A DNA stretch of 64,000 nucleotides, from assembly GCF_006345805.1 (NCBI RefSeq), contig NC_042999.1, forward strand, positions 128,030,001 to 128,094,000, written 5' to 3'. Position 1 is the stretch's first letter. Each line of letters opens with the position of its first letter. This DNA comes from Octopus sinensis (lineage: Eukaryota). The notes under the pieces were generated by a model that worked only from the letters and a program-made list of their open reading frames with translations, was not told the DNA's origin and made no database searches. Made by a program: the position numbers and the translations under genes. Positions 36,957 to 49,590 of this stretch are shown piece after piece.

Positions 36957-39238
36957 CACACATATCTGTGTCTATGTATGTATTGATATATGTAACCTAT
37001 GTAGTAGTATCTACTACATACACATAAACAGGGCAAGTTTAACTATTTCTCTGTAGATTGAAAAAAAGTGATGGAAAGCCTTAATTGATTTTCAAACCTT
37101 ATTAGGTTCTCATCTGAGATGTCTACATCACTTGTTCAATCCCAGAGAAGCAAGAAGCAAATCTATTTATATACACAAATTCAGTAGTTTCAGGCAACTA
37201 GAACTCCTAATTTGCATACTGTAAGTGTTTAACACTTTATTTAATATCAGGGGACCTGTCAATGGGGATCTCAGTCCACACAACATCAAGGCATGATATA
37301 TGTGTTACCTATGCTGTAGATATATAAACAGGGCAAACTTAACTATTTCTCCATAGATTAAAATAATGACTAACAACCTTTTCGATCTATATGCCTAAGT
37401 AAGTAGAATGTGCTTTGCTGAGGAAGTCTACTAAGATCATAACATCAATATTACATCCACCAATTAGTTTTGGCCCTTTGTTTTTTGAAATACACTGGTA
37501 TTTCAATTGATTGTGAAAATAATAAAGAATTTAGTTAAATACCTCTATCCTTATTTGAAACATAAATTGATATGAAATTTTGAATGATGATTTAAATTTA
37601 GATTGCTTTAAAACAGGTATTTTTCCTATTATAGAACCTGGGTCGTTCTTGGGCAGGTTGGTATGAAAAGGGCTTATCACTTAATTCACTCCATTCTCTA
37701 TTGCTTATAGTCTCTCAACATTTCAGTCAGTTGATCTTTATGGTAGTCATTCCCCTTGCCATTCCCCTTGCACAGAAGAATATCAATAGCAGATAAAAGG
37801 TGTCCAGGTGTAGCAGTGGAACTGCTAAGTCTATTTTGAGCGTCATCAGTAATGAGCATCCACAAGCAACCATATGCTTAGACAAAATTAACCTCTACTG
37901 GTATAGAAAAACAGGGATTAACAAATCACTTGTGTTGCAAATAACCAGCATTTCTATATGAGATGCTTTCTCAAGATGACTACTGCAGTTGTGTGGCTTT
38001 CTGCATTATATCCAAGTTAAGATATATAGAATGTTATATTGTTTGTATGTACCCATACCACTCCAAATTACTCAATGCATCAATCTGACCTCTGCTGGTT
38101 CTTGTTTTGACTATTCATTCTGTACACTATACAATCTTTGTCCTGCAGAATTTCAGCCTTTGTAACTTTTCTGCTTATGTTTATTTTCAAGTATCATCTG
38201 GTATAAGTTAAGAAGAAGACCTGCAAGTTCTGTGGGTACTATCCGTCTCTTGTAGAAATAGATAAATAACAAAAATGAGTCGCCTGAAAATTATTCTTCC
38301 AGAATATTTTTGTGTGAAATGCATTCCTTCAATTTATGTTTGTAGAAATAACACCATAAAATGTGATATAATTTTGTGCGGTAACTTTTTGTTGTTAAAA
38401 TTATATCACTTCATTGCTTCCTTTATGTCAACTCTCTGTATATATATTTGATGTTGGGTGTTGCACCTATTTTTATGATTTATCTGTTTCGTATTCAGAT
38501 ACATAACTTAAAAATGGGTCATTAAGCACGTTTGATTGGACAGCTTATACTTGATTAAAAAAAAAAATGATAAAAATTTAGTCCTGCTCCTGTTTCTCAT
38601 TTTAGACTGAATATTTTCCTGTGAACCTTTCTTTCATTCTCACATACACTGACTTGTGTTGTTTTGATTTTGGATAATGATTTTAACTGCTGTTCAGATC
38701 TATGAGGGAAAACATCTAAATGCAGTTTAAAGTCTGTTCTTTCACTGATCTGTTTATTGTTATTTATTATGCTATATGATTTATGCATAGAAATTAGAGA
38801 AAAAGGTATTTTGTTTCTCTATCATTAGCTGTGTAATTTTATCTCTGAGTGAAGATGATACCAAATAAAGCTCGGTTGATTAATGGGGACAGGCATCATT
38901 GGAAGATTCATGGAAAGCTGAAAACTTCATAGGTTCACACATTGACATGCACATACGTACATACATACATACACCCATGGGTAAATATTTGTGTATTTTA
39001 CAAATGAAAGGGCACTCAATATAGAGTGTAGAGTTAATAATTTTTAGGTCTACTCAATCAGGCAACATTGACATAATGCATGCACAAACACACACACACA
39101 CACACACACAATATGAGAGTTTCTATCATGGTATCTACTGCAGTATAGTTTGTTCAAGTGGAGATAAATATTTCCTCTCTGTGTTAATGCTGCCTCTGTC
39201 GTTAATATATATTTTTTGTACGTTAATATATATTTTTC

Positions 39239-39465
39239 GGCGGCGAGCTGGCAGAAACGTTAGCACGCCGGGCGAAATGCGTAGCAGTATTTCGTCTGCC
39301 GTTACGTTCTAAGTTCAAATTCCACCGAGATTGACTTTGCCTTTCATCCTTTCGGGGTCGATAAATTAAGTACCAGTTATGCACTGGGGTCGATGTAATC
39401 GACTTAATCCGTTTGTCTGTCCTTGTTTGTCCCCTCTGTGTGTAGCCCCTTGTGGGTAGTAAAGA
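39239..39465 (+). mobile_element. Family-A SINE, young CpG-intact copy with a 20-bp flanking duplication
   Basis: AATATATATTTTTTGTACGT occurs at 39204-39223 and 39466-39485. The body is close to the reverse complement of 1742-1968. Confidence 0.85.
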
Positions 39466-40062
39466 AATATATATTTTTTGTACGTGTATCTTGGTTTTAG
39501 AAAAGGTATGCCATCACAGCTTGCAAGAAAGACTACAATCCCCAGGAAAGGTGGTTAGGAGATGCTGAGAGATAAGGGGTTAATGTATGAGAGTAAGGGC
39601 TGGAATAGAACAAGTTTTTTTTTTTTTGTAGAGGAGCAGCATGGTTATTTGCATTTTAAAAGAGAAAGAGGTGGTGACCAGGTTGGTGCTGGGAAGAGAT
39701 AAAAATTGTGACAATGAGGTGTCTGGGTGGACCCTCAGAGTATGAGGTGAGTGGGGACAGAAGAACCAGGAATGTAAGTGGATAGAGGTTGTATGAGTGT
39801 ATGGGAGAGTGAGAGATGGTTAAAGACAGGGAATAAGTGGGCAGGTTAATATAATGAATTAGGGGTGATGTATTGAATAATGAATAAAGGTTCCAGGTTC
39901 AGTCCCGCTGTGTGACAGGTACCTTGGGCAAGTGTCTTCTACTATTGCCTCAGGCCAACCGAAGCCTTGTCAGTGAATTTGGTAGACACAAACTGAAAGA
40001 AGCTTGTATATATATATATATATATACGCGAGAAAGAAGCAACAAGAATGGATAAGTTTTTA

Positions 40063-40188
40063 GTACAATCGTTTCATACAAAGACAGGCTTTATTAAAAG
40101 TTGCAAAAATTGCAGCATATAAACGTGTTTATATGCTGCAATTTTTGCAACTTTTAATAAAGCCTGTCTTTGTATGAAACGATTGTAC
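40063..40188. repeat. Perfect palindrome, 62-bp arms with a 2-nt loop
   Basis: GTACAATCG...GCAGCATATAAAC gt GTTTATATGCTGC...CGATTGTAC. No mismatch was found on manual comparison. Confidence 0.95.
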
Positions 40189-40535
40189 CTATAATCAAAA
40201 ATATTGCAGCAATGGCCTTCTCATCTTTTTTTTCTAATTGTAAGTACTATGTATCTAGGACTACATTGTCTAAGATAACCTTCTTTAATTTTTAAATGAA
40301 TAGTGTAGGATTTCAAGGTTGTTATTTCTAGTAGAAAGAACAACTGTTTTTTTTTTTTGTCTGTGATTGTTGTTACTTAGCTTCAGGTTAGTCCTGATTG
40401 AATGAACCTATGACAAAGGTATTCCAGCTGTAACCATCTCATTATTTTCTCAAGTGTATCTAGGGCTACTTTGTTCAGTATGTTTTCCAATGGTTGTATA
40501 GATACATACATACATACATACAAATATATAATATA

Positions 40536-40563
40536 CTAACAATGCATCCTGGCGTTGCCCAGG
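40536..40563 (-). mobile_element. Degraded Helitron 3' end
   Basis: Plus strand A|CTAAC...CCTGGCGTTGCCCAGG has the same layout as the 11670 Helitron end (CTAG...CCCGGCGTTGCTCGGG). Confidence 0.45.
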
Positions 40564-43184
40564 TATTATGATCTACAGCCACATTGTATTATTTCTTCCA
40601 TTCATGTGGGCAGAATCGGCACAGCTGATATATAGTGAACTGGATTACTAGTGTAATTGAAATTATTGTTTGTTTAAAAGTGAAGAGGAGGAGGGTACAG
40701 TTTGCATGGGTTTGCATGAAAGTGTTTTCTGTTCTTAAGAAGGATCACAAATTATGTATTGATTCATTTTATAAAAGGAGGTTAATACGATTTTGCCCAG
40801 AAATCACGTTTTTAAAATTTTCATTTCTGTTCATCCCTACTGCAGTTTCTTAATTTGTAACTTTTTGAATTTTTTTTTTTATCCTTGTAGAAATTTAGAG
40901 ATTATGAATCTGGGAAATATGTATTTTTTTTTATGTTTAAATTTTCTTTTAAGTTTAATTTTTCTTAAAGAAACACTCAATGCCCCTTCCCCACCTTGCC
41001 TACCCATCGCCTACTCACTTTCAAGAAGCTAAAATCTCCCATTGTTTCACTTTCATCTGATGTTTCATGCATACATAGAATTGTACTGAAATAGCAGACA
41101 TAAAAAATACTAGACCACCACCAGAAAACCCCACCATGATAGAAACAACAGGTAAACAACATTATTTCTGAAGAAACTTCCCCGCTTTCTAAAAAGCTAA
41201 AAGTGAAACATTGAAAGTTTGTAGCTTTTTGAAAGAGGTGAGGTGATGGGTGGATATTTGGGAAGGAGATTTTAGTGTTTCTTTAAGAAAAAAAGGAAGA
41301 AGAAAATTCTTAAAGATTCATAATCTCTAGGTTTTTTTCTTCATGGATTACCAAGAAGAAAATTTTGAAAAGAGTAAAAAAATTAAGAAATTGGGGTGGG
41401 GTGGAAGAAAATGAAAATATTGAGAATGTGTTTTTTGGGCAAAATCCTAATCTCTTGTATCAATAACATATGAATTGGAAGAAATTTAACAAAAAAATAA
41501 GTGCGGTGGGTGTGGGGTGCAAATGTCACCTCAGGCATGCTAGAAACAACAGGTAATGAACAAGATTTCTGGGAAAACTCCCTTTTAAGTTTATATCAAA
41601 GACCAGGTTTTTAAATACACTCATCACAAATACAATTTACAGAATAGAAAAACGTCATTTCAATTGGATTTGAGCTGTAATTTTGCACGTGCACACAGCC
41701 AAAAATAACCTAATTTGTACATAAGTTTTACTTTGTGTGTGTGTGTGTGTGTGTACCAAAGGAAGTTGTTTTATGGCATTCTTTCATTTGAAGCAGCAAA
41801 GTTGTCAATTCAGTCATATGGTTGATCATATGGGATCATAGGATTGTTCATTAATTTTCTTAAAAATTTTTTTATTTCTTTGTGCTTTGAAGAGAACTGA
41901 AATTGAAAGAGAGGAGAAAGTGAAAAGGCAATTTTTGCTTTGAAGTGAGAGCAGAAAGTGAAAGAGAGGAGAAAGTGAAAGATGTATGTACATGAAATGG
42001 ATGTGTGTGTGTACACGAGAGACAGTGAGTGAAGGTGTGTGCTATCATATATGTATTTTTTTGCTTGTATGTGTAAGTGACACTCAGTCTCTCTTGTACA
42101 CATTATCTTTCATATACATGTACATAAATACATATGTATACATATTTTTTGTATGTGTGCACACACACATACGAACTCTCTTTTATATATAGAGAGATAT
42201 AATGATTTGAAGGAGAGTTGACTGGTATTTTTAGCAGGATGAACAACTGAGTAGTTTGTGATTGATGCTACACAGACCCAGGTCAGTCATGATCCAGCAG
42301 GCCTATGATTTAGGATTGTCCAGTCATGCCTAGCCCATCTTATTTTTTTAAAAGCCATATTGTATTTAATACTACTTTAACCACTGCATTCTTGAGATAG
42401 TAGAGTATTATTTATTTGAGGAAGATTTGGCTACAATTTCTAGCAAGTCTACCACATTTTGTAACATTCAGTTAATTAAATCTAGTCTAAAATAAACAAT
42501 GAAATTACTTTTCTTATTATTTCATTAAGCAGCTATCACCATATTCCTGACTTCATTTTATTTTCTTAGGAAAGCCAAATATTGCAAAAAGTATGATTAA
42601 TATATTTTTGAAATAAAGATTTCTATTTTACTTTGATGTAAAGTGACTATGAAGGCAAGAATTTTGCTGTAAAACTCCAGATGTTTTCATAGATATTTTC
42701 TTATTTGATAGTAAAGACAACATTGTGTAGTGTTTAGTGTCCTTATCAGATCACTTGTCTTTTTACCCACAACTTTATCATGTATACTTATGTATCAGAT
42801 ATTGATATAGCTCAGTTGAAATTGGTGAAGTGGTATAGGGGCCTCTTTCTGTTTTATCTAGGGAATGCTGTGATTCACATTTAAACTACCCCCCCCATCT
42901 CCATTTCTCATTATATGAATTTGTCTAACAGCTCTTAGCAGCAATAATAGCAACAGCAACAATGACAACAATAACAGTATATCTATAATACTGCAAATAA
43001 CGAAGTATGTCTTCTTCACTGAATTGTTGTGCCTTGCATTGATTTAAATAATAATGATACTGAATAGAGAGAGAGAGAGAATTAGGGAAGAAAGTGAATA
43101 TATACATATATAAAATATATATATGCATAGATTGTGTGTGTGAGCATTAAAGAAGTGAAAGAGAATAATATATATATATATATA

Positions 43185-43233
43185 ATATGTATGCATTTCT
43201 TTCTCTCTTATATACATACAATGTGTGCATGTA

Positions 43234-43277
<44 letters not shown>

Positions 43278-43447
43278 AGAACTACTCTCTTTCACTCCCT
43301 CTCTAATGCTCTCACATACCTATACACAATCTAGACGCTCAAATGTATCTTATAGCTGTATGTCTACTCTCTCCTTGATTCTCTCTTTCTCTCCCTCTGA
43401 TATACGCAAATAATGTGTGTAATGTGTTATGTGTGTGTGTGTGCATG

Positions 43448-43527
<80 letters not shown>

Positions 43528-43806
43528 CATACACACGCACACATACATAACACTACACACATTATTTGCATATATCAGAGGGAGAGAAAGAGAGAATCAA
43601 GGAGAGAGAGAGTAGACATACAGCTATATGATACATTTGAGCGTCTAGATTGTGTATAGGTATGTGAGAGCATTAGAGAGGGAGTGAAAGAGAGTAGTTT
43701 ATATATATATATATATATATATCATCATCATCGTTTAATGTCTGTTTATGCATACATGCACACATTATATGTGTATATAAGAGAGAAAGAGATGCATACA
43801 CATATA
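43185..43806. repeat. Inverted duplication centred on a (TA)n tract
   Basis: Inner arms about 43280-43446 and 43521-43699 are near-identical reverse complements. Outer arms are about 43185-43240 and 43748-43806. Confidence 0.9.
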
Positions 43807-44550
43807 TAAAAGCTTCAGTCAAATTGACTTGAGTTGGCTGTGTGTGGATTTGAAGACAATGGAGAGCTTAATGGTTACTGTCTTCTGTCTTTGCTACAAA
43901 GTCTGGACGAGACACCATTTGGGAAATTTCACAAAATAATGTATACTATGGATAGAAACTGTAACAGACTTTAGTTCTCGTCATGACTAAATGTTTTCTA
44001 TTCTGCATTAGAATTCACACCAAATGTATGTAGTTAAATATTTTGTAAGATGACAACAACATACAAATGAAAATGGTTTTAGAAAATATATAAGCTAAAA
44101 TATTGAACTGGATTGTGATAGGACAGAACAGTCTAGATTTTATGGTTATTAATTAAGAAAGGCACATGGCTTTGCAGTTAGGATATTGCTGACTCGATAG
44201 CAAGATCATGGTTTTAGTTCCCACAATAGTAGTGCGTCATGTTCTTGAGCAAAACACTTCATTTGATGTTGCTCTAGCCCACTCAGCTGTAAATTGGTAA
44301 CCTTGTGATGGACTTGTGTTCTGTTCTGGGAGAATGTTAACTTGCTGGTCTAGCAGGGTCGCATTATTTGAAAGCTATGACAATGCTAGGAAATGCATTG
44401 TGACCAACAGTATGTAGCAAGTCTGGTTGACAGAGTGATAATAATGAACTCAGAAAATAATGTTTCATAGGCTACGTAGCTATACTGGTGAATATCCACT
44501 GGTAACTGTTTATAACCCAAAAAGTGAGGTGGTTGAAATGGGTAAAGGGT

Positions 44551-44886
44551 AAAGGCCACCTTTGGTCATGAATGACCATGGGATTGCACCTAGAAACTTA
44601 CCCTCTGAGGCACAAGTCCGGGCAAGGTTGTTTATGGGAAGACCTGCAGTTGCCATGCATATCAGTCTCCTCTCTCCACATCACCAATATTATCCAAGGG
44701 AAAGGAAAAGGCTGATCCAGCTTGGCACCAGTGACATTGCAACTCATTTCTACAGATAAGTAAACTGGAATAACATGAAATAAAGTGTTTGTTCAAGAAC
44801 ACAACACACAGTCTGGCCTGGGAATCAAACTCACTACTTCATGATTGTGAGCCTGACACTCTAATCACTTAGCCATGTGCCTTCAC
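44551..44886 (-). mobile_element. Family-D tRNA SINE
   Basis: Homologous to 3389-3725. Confidence 0.75.
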
Positions 44887-45016
44887 AGGCTGAAATGGTA
44901 GAGAGGTTGATTTCACCCTTTGACATTCAGATTAGTTTGTCAAATGTAAAGCTTATTGATTCACATTGTTTTGAATTAATCATACATTCAATTCTATATT
45001 TAAGAGATGAGGAATT

Positions 45017-45268
45017 ATGTACAGTATTTATATTTGACAGATATTTGTCCTCATCTTGTTTGTTGTTAACACAACATTTCGGCTGATATACTCTCCAGCT
45101 TTCATCAGGTGTCTTGGGAAAATTTCGAACCTGGGTTCACATTCCTAAGGTATTTTTCAATGTTGTTATCATCATCATCCTCCTCCTCATCATTATTCAG
45201 GTCACTGCCTGGAATCGAACTTGGAATCTTGGGGTTAGTAGCCCGTGTTCTTAACAACCACACTATAT
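45017..45268 (-). mobile_element. tRNA-derived SINE with a hammerhead-like 3' tail
   Basis: The minus-strand head has A-box-like TAGTGTGGTTGTTAAG and B-box AGTTCGATTCC, followed by a low-complexity linker and the tail GACACCTGATGAAAGCTGGAGAGTATATCAGCCGAAATGTTGTGTT. Confidence 0.65.
45068..45113 (-). ncRNA. Degenerate minimal type-I hammerhead motif in a SINE tail
   Basis: GACAC-CUGAUGA-AAGCUG-GAGAGUAUAU-CAGCC-GAAAU-GUU-GUGUU. Stem I is GACAC/GUGUU and stem II is GCUG/CAGC. Stem III is zero-loop AAU/GUU (intact form would be palindromic AACGUU). There are two apparent substitutions relative to an ideal fold. Confidence 0.5.
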
Positions 45269-47574
45269 CTTGTAGCTTTGAGATTTTGATTTTGAGATTT
45301 TTTACTTTTAGTATGACATTGTCATTGTAGGGTAGGTGCAAGAGACTGTATTTGGCCTGTTTGAACATAAAACAAAAAGAATATTTTGGCTGGATAGGGC
45401 TGGTTTAAATGCTAAAAGGCCATGCTTTATTTAACATATCTTTTTCATTTTTTAAACATATTTTAATATATTTAACATATCTTTTTCATTTTTTAAATCT
45501 GAGCCAACAATGGAACCTCTATGCCTGTCAGGTGTAAACTGTGGCATGTGGGATTTTCTGACTGGCACACCTAGCTACATGAAAAACAATATTTATGAAT
45601 TAGAATTACGCTGAATCTTTTTACTAATGTGGCCTGCCTTATAATGAGTCATATCTCTGCTTTATACAGTCACTTGACCTGCTACAAATAACAACCAAAT
45701 CTCTCTCAAATCAAAACTTACTGACTTAGAAAAAGATGAGATGGGTATATTGAATAACTTAATTGTAGATAAGCCAAAAATTAAAATAAGAAAAAGGCAA
45801 TGGTTATGCTAAGGCTGCTGCTCAGTCAGAGCTGGTCAGGAGCTCAACAACAATTGGCTGGTCTTATCCTTTCACAGCTCAGATCCTGTTGACTCACTTG
45901 TCTCACTCTCTTGTCAGCCATATTGTGTCTCCACACACACAAAGGGCTTCTTTCAGTTTCTGTCTATCAGATTCATTCACAAGGATTTGGTTGTCTCAAG
46001 GCTGTTGTAGAAGACACTTGTTCAAGGTGTCATACTGTAGGATTGAACTTGCAACCATGTGGCTGGGAAGTAAACTTCTTACTATGCTGGCACCTAGTTA
46101 AAGAAGCACTAAAAATATTAACGCATTTCCTTATGAATTGGAAGTTGTCAGTCATGTATGATAATTTTGTTTCCAATAAAGTGTATTGCACAAATAATAT
46201 CAGTGTCTTTGTAAATTCAAATGTTACCGAACAACTTCCAAATATGGTAAAAAGAGAAACGAAGTGTTGCCTTGGCCTTCTGCCAGAAATGTTTAACAAG
46301 AAATGAAATATTTCAGTAGTTTCTCTTGCGAGTAATCACTCAGTCATATCAGACTAATTACTATCATACTTACTGGCAAGTCGTCATTCAGTCACTTGTT
46401 GTTTGCTACTGCAATTATCTCATGCAGTAAAGTGTGCAACTAATCTTTTTATCAATGACACACATTGAAAAGCCCCCACCAAACGTTCACAAGTAATTTA
46501 AAATAATAGTAATTTAAAATAATCAACACCATAACTAATGCTGCTACTACTACTACCACCGCCGCCACCACCACCACAACCACCACCACCACCACAACCA
46601 CTACCACTACTACTACTAATAATAATAATGATCTCAAATTTTGGCACAAGGCCAGCAATTTCAAGGGAGGGGATGAATCAATTACATGAACCTTAGTGTT
46701 CAACTGGTACTTATTTTATCAATCCAGGAAGGATGAAAGGCAAAGTTGGCTTCAGTGGAATTTGAACTCTGAATGTAAAGATGAACGAAATGCCATTAAG
46801 CATTTTTCCTGGCATACTAACAATTAGCATAAGCACAAGGCCAGGAATTTTGGCGGGAAGGGCTTGTTGATTACATTGATCTCAGTGCTCAATTAGTACT
46901 TATTTTATCAACCTCTAAAAGTATGGAAGGCAAGGTTGACCTTCATGGTATATTACCACTTGCAATGATAATCATTTCTAGTACAGACACAAGGCTAGAA
47001 ACTCAAAGGAAGGGCTTAGTTGGTTAAATCAATATCAGTACTTAGTACTTCAACTTATCAACTCTGGAACAAAAATGGCCTTAGTGGGATGTAACAGAGC
47101 TTAGAACTTAAGGTGGTGCAATGAAATATGTCAAAGCGTGTTCTTCCAGTGTTTTCTAATAATGGAACAGTGCTGCACATTATTAAGGAGGGAAGAATAG
47201 TTGCTTAAATTGATTTGATATTTATTTTATCAACTTTAGAAGGTTGGAAAGCAAAACTGGTTTTTGTAGGATTGGAACTCAGAATGAAAAGAAACAGATG
47301 TAACCAAATGTTACAAGGTCTATTAGTTATTCTGCCATCCATAATCTTAATGATGGTAATCATTATTATGAATAGCTGTTGTCACCTTCTTTCACCTCCA
47401 TCTCGTTTAATTTCTTATGTTAATCTGGTAAGGACAGGGCTTTGTTATCCCATCTTGTGAGGTCATCTATCTCAACCCAATTTATCTTGCACACATTACA
47501 CTAGACTTTCCTTGCCTTTGTGTTTCATGTCTCAGTCATTTATATTATGTCCATACTACTACTAGTGTCTCTCT

Positions 47575-47626
<52 letters not shown>

Positions 47627-47628
47627 TA

Positions 47629-48205
47629 CAGGGTGCAATGGATAAATTGTTGCCACTTTATATTTTTAATTTCTCACATGTACATTCTTTGTTTTTGATT
47701 TTGTCGACTACACAGTATAGTAGGGTCAGTTGGACACCATCTGTGAGAAACCAGCACTATGACACAATTCACTCTGCCAGAAAACTACATGCTGTACTGC
47801 TTGGCATTTGCGCTGGAAGCTCCAATACAAACATTTCAGAGTGTTTGGGTGTCAGTCTGAGGACAGTGCAATCTGAAAACATGTACTGAGAGTGATAAAA
47901 ATCAAACATCCAGTCAACATCATGGTGTTTGAAGTGATCACTGGTGATGGCGACGTTATGCCTTCATTCATCTTCTCACATACCCTCTGACTCAACACAG
48001 AGGCCTACATCAAGTGCGTGGAAGAGGTAGTGCTGTCCTAAGTGAAGAGGGTGGCAGCTGGAAGACTCTATCTCTAACAACAGTACACTGCCCCATGCCA
48101 CACAAGCAGGTGAATCCAGTTATGGCTGTCAGACAATATCTTTGACCACATCACCCCTAACATCTGGCCACCTAAGTCTTCAGACTACAACCCCCTTGAT
48201 TATTG
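47629..48205 (+). mobile_element. Deleted Tc1/mariner-superfamily element, maT/DD37D-like
   Basis: TA|CAGGGTG start. Remnant frames read IMVFEVITGDGDVMPSFIF...QQYTAPCHTSR...WPPKSSDYNPLDY (compare QQDxAPxH...WPPxSPDxNPLDY). Subfamily assignment is tentative. Confidence 0.6.
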
Positions 48206-48249
48206 GGCCGGCAGATTTTCAAGATATAGCCCCCCCCCACCCCCACCCC

Positions 48250-49040
48250 CAGATCATCACAGATCCTCCTCCATGTTTAATAGTTGGAAGAAGGCAGTCT
48301 GGATCAATGCTTCTTTTGGCTGTCTCCACATGTATACTCAGCCAGTGGTCGGAAATAGGATAAAGGATGACTTGTCCGAGAAAATAACATCCTTCCACTG
48401 CTCTAGGGACCAAATTCTGTAGGTTTTTACTCCACTCTAGATGTTTTGCAATGTTTGCTTTTGAAAGTAGAGGTTTTTTGATTGCAGCCTTCTCATGAAA
48501 TCCGGCTTTATGCAGCTCCTGGCAAACTGTTTTTGTGGAAACTGGGTTCTTGAGGTGGTCATTAAGCTCTGCAGTAATTTTGGAAGCTGTACTTTTGTGA
48601 TCCTTTCTAACAATTCACGTAAGAGCCTGACGGTCCCTATCTAAAAGTTATGGTTTTCTTCTAGAATTATGTTTCGACGAGGAGGTTTTCCCTCTTTCTT
48701 AAAAGCTGTCATTACTTTTGAGACAGTACTTCCTGAAACACCAAACATTTCAGCTGTTTTCATTATGCTAGCACCTGCCATACAAATTGTTATTTGACCC
48801 CTTTGAAAGTCTGATAGATCTGTCATTTTAATGAATTTTAATTACCTTTTTCTGATGATATCTAAGAAGAAACAGCAATTTAAGCAAAAGATATTAAGCA
48901 ACCTTAATAATAAATAAAACAACATAAAAATAAACTAGCTTTTGACAGTTTTATAGATATTTCAAAATTATGATGCTATGATGCTAGGTGTTTCCCTATA
49001 TATATATATATTATTTATATTATCATTTGACTGAATACTA
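48250..49040 (-). mobile_element. Tc1 transposon, 3'-truncated, pseudogenised
   Basis: MTDLSDFQRGQI...GASIMKTAEMFGVSGSTVSKVM, with downstream VIFSDKSSF and LLPTIKHGGGSVMIWG. A TIR-like TAGTATTCAGTCAAATG lies at about 49022-49040. Confidence 0.85.
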
Positions 49041-49077
49041 TGCATCCATTTCCAAGTAATATATATACACACATATA

Positions 49078-49590
49078 TCTATATATATAAAACTGTAGTT
49101 GTGTGAGTGTCTGTCCCCTTCGATTTAGATTCCTAACTACTCCCACATTTTGCGGTGCAGTTTAACCAAATTCGGGTATCTTATAGTCGTGATTCATATC
49201 GAGCCCGTCTGAGTATTAGTGCGCGTCTACGATGAGTCTACGATTTTAAAAATAATTTAACATCATTTTTTATTCCATTTTAATGCATAATTTTTCGTGT
49301 GTCGATGGCGGTGGAGTTGGCGTCCACGCTCACAGCTGCACCTGTTTGCTTCTCCCCCTTCTTCCCTCCCTCGTGAAGCTGTGGGGAAAGGAGTGTAAGG
49401 AAATCAACGTCGTAAAGCATTGTCAAGGAGACCAGCGTTCTTTTAGAACAACGACTTCATGGCTTGAAGACACCAAAACAGAAATGGCTAAGAAAGCCCG
49501 AATTGGCATCTATAAGGGAAGTAACTCTCTAAAAATGCTTATATAGTTATTTCCCTTACAAACCTGAGCAACGCCGGGCGATACTGCTAG
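49078..49590 (+). mobile_element. Non-autonomous Helitron (513 bp)
   Basis: A|TC start, hairpin CCTGAGCAACGCCGGG and CTAG|T end. Same family as 11670-12067. Confidence 0.85.
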
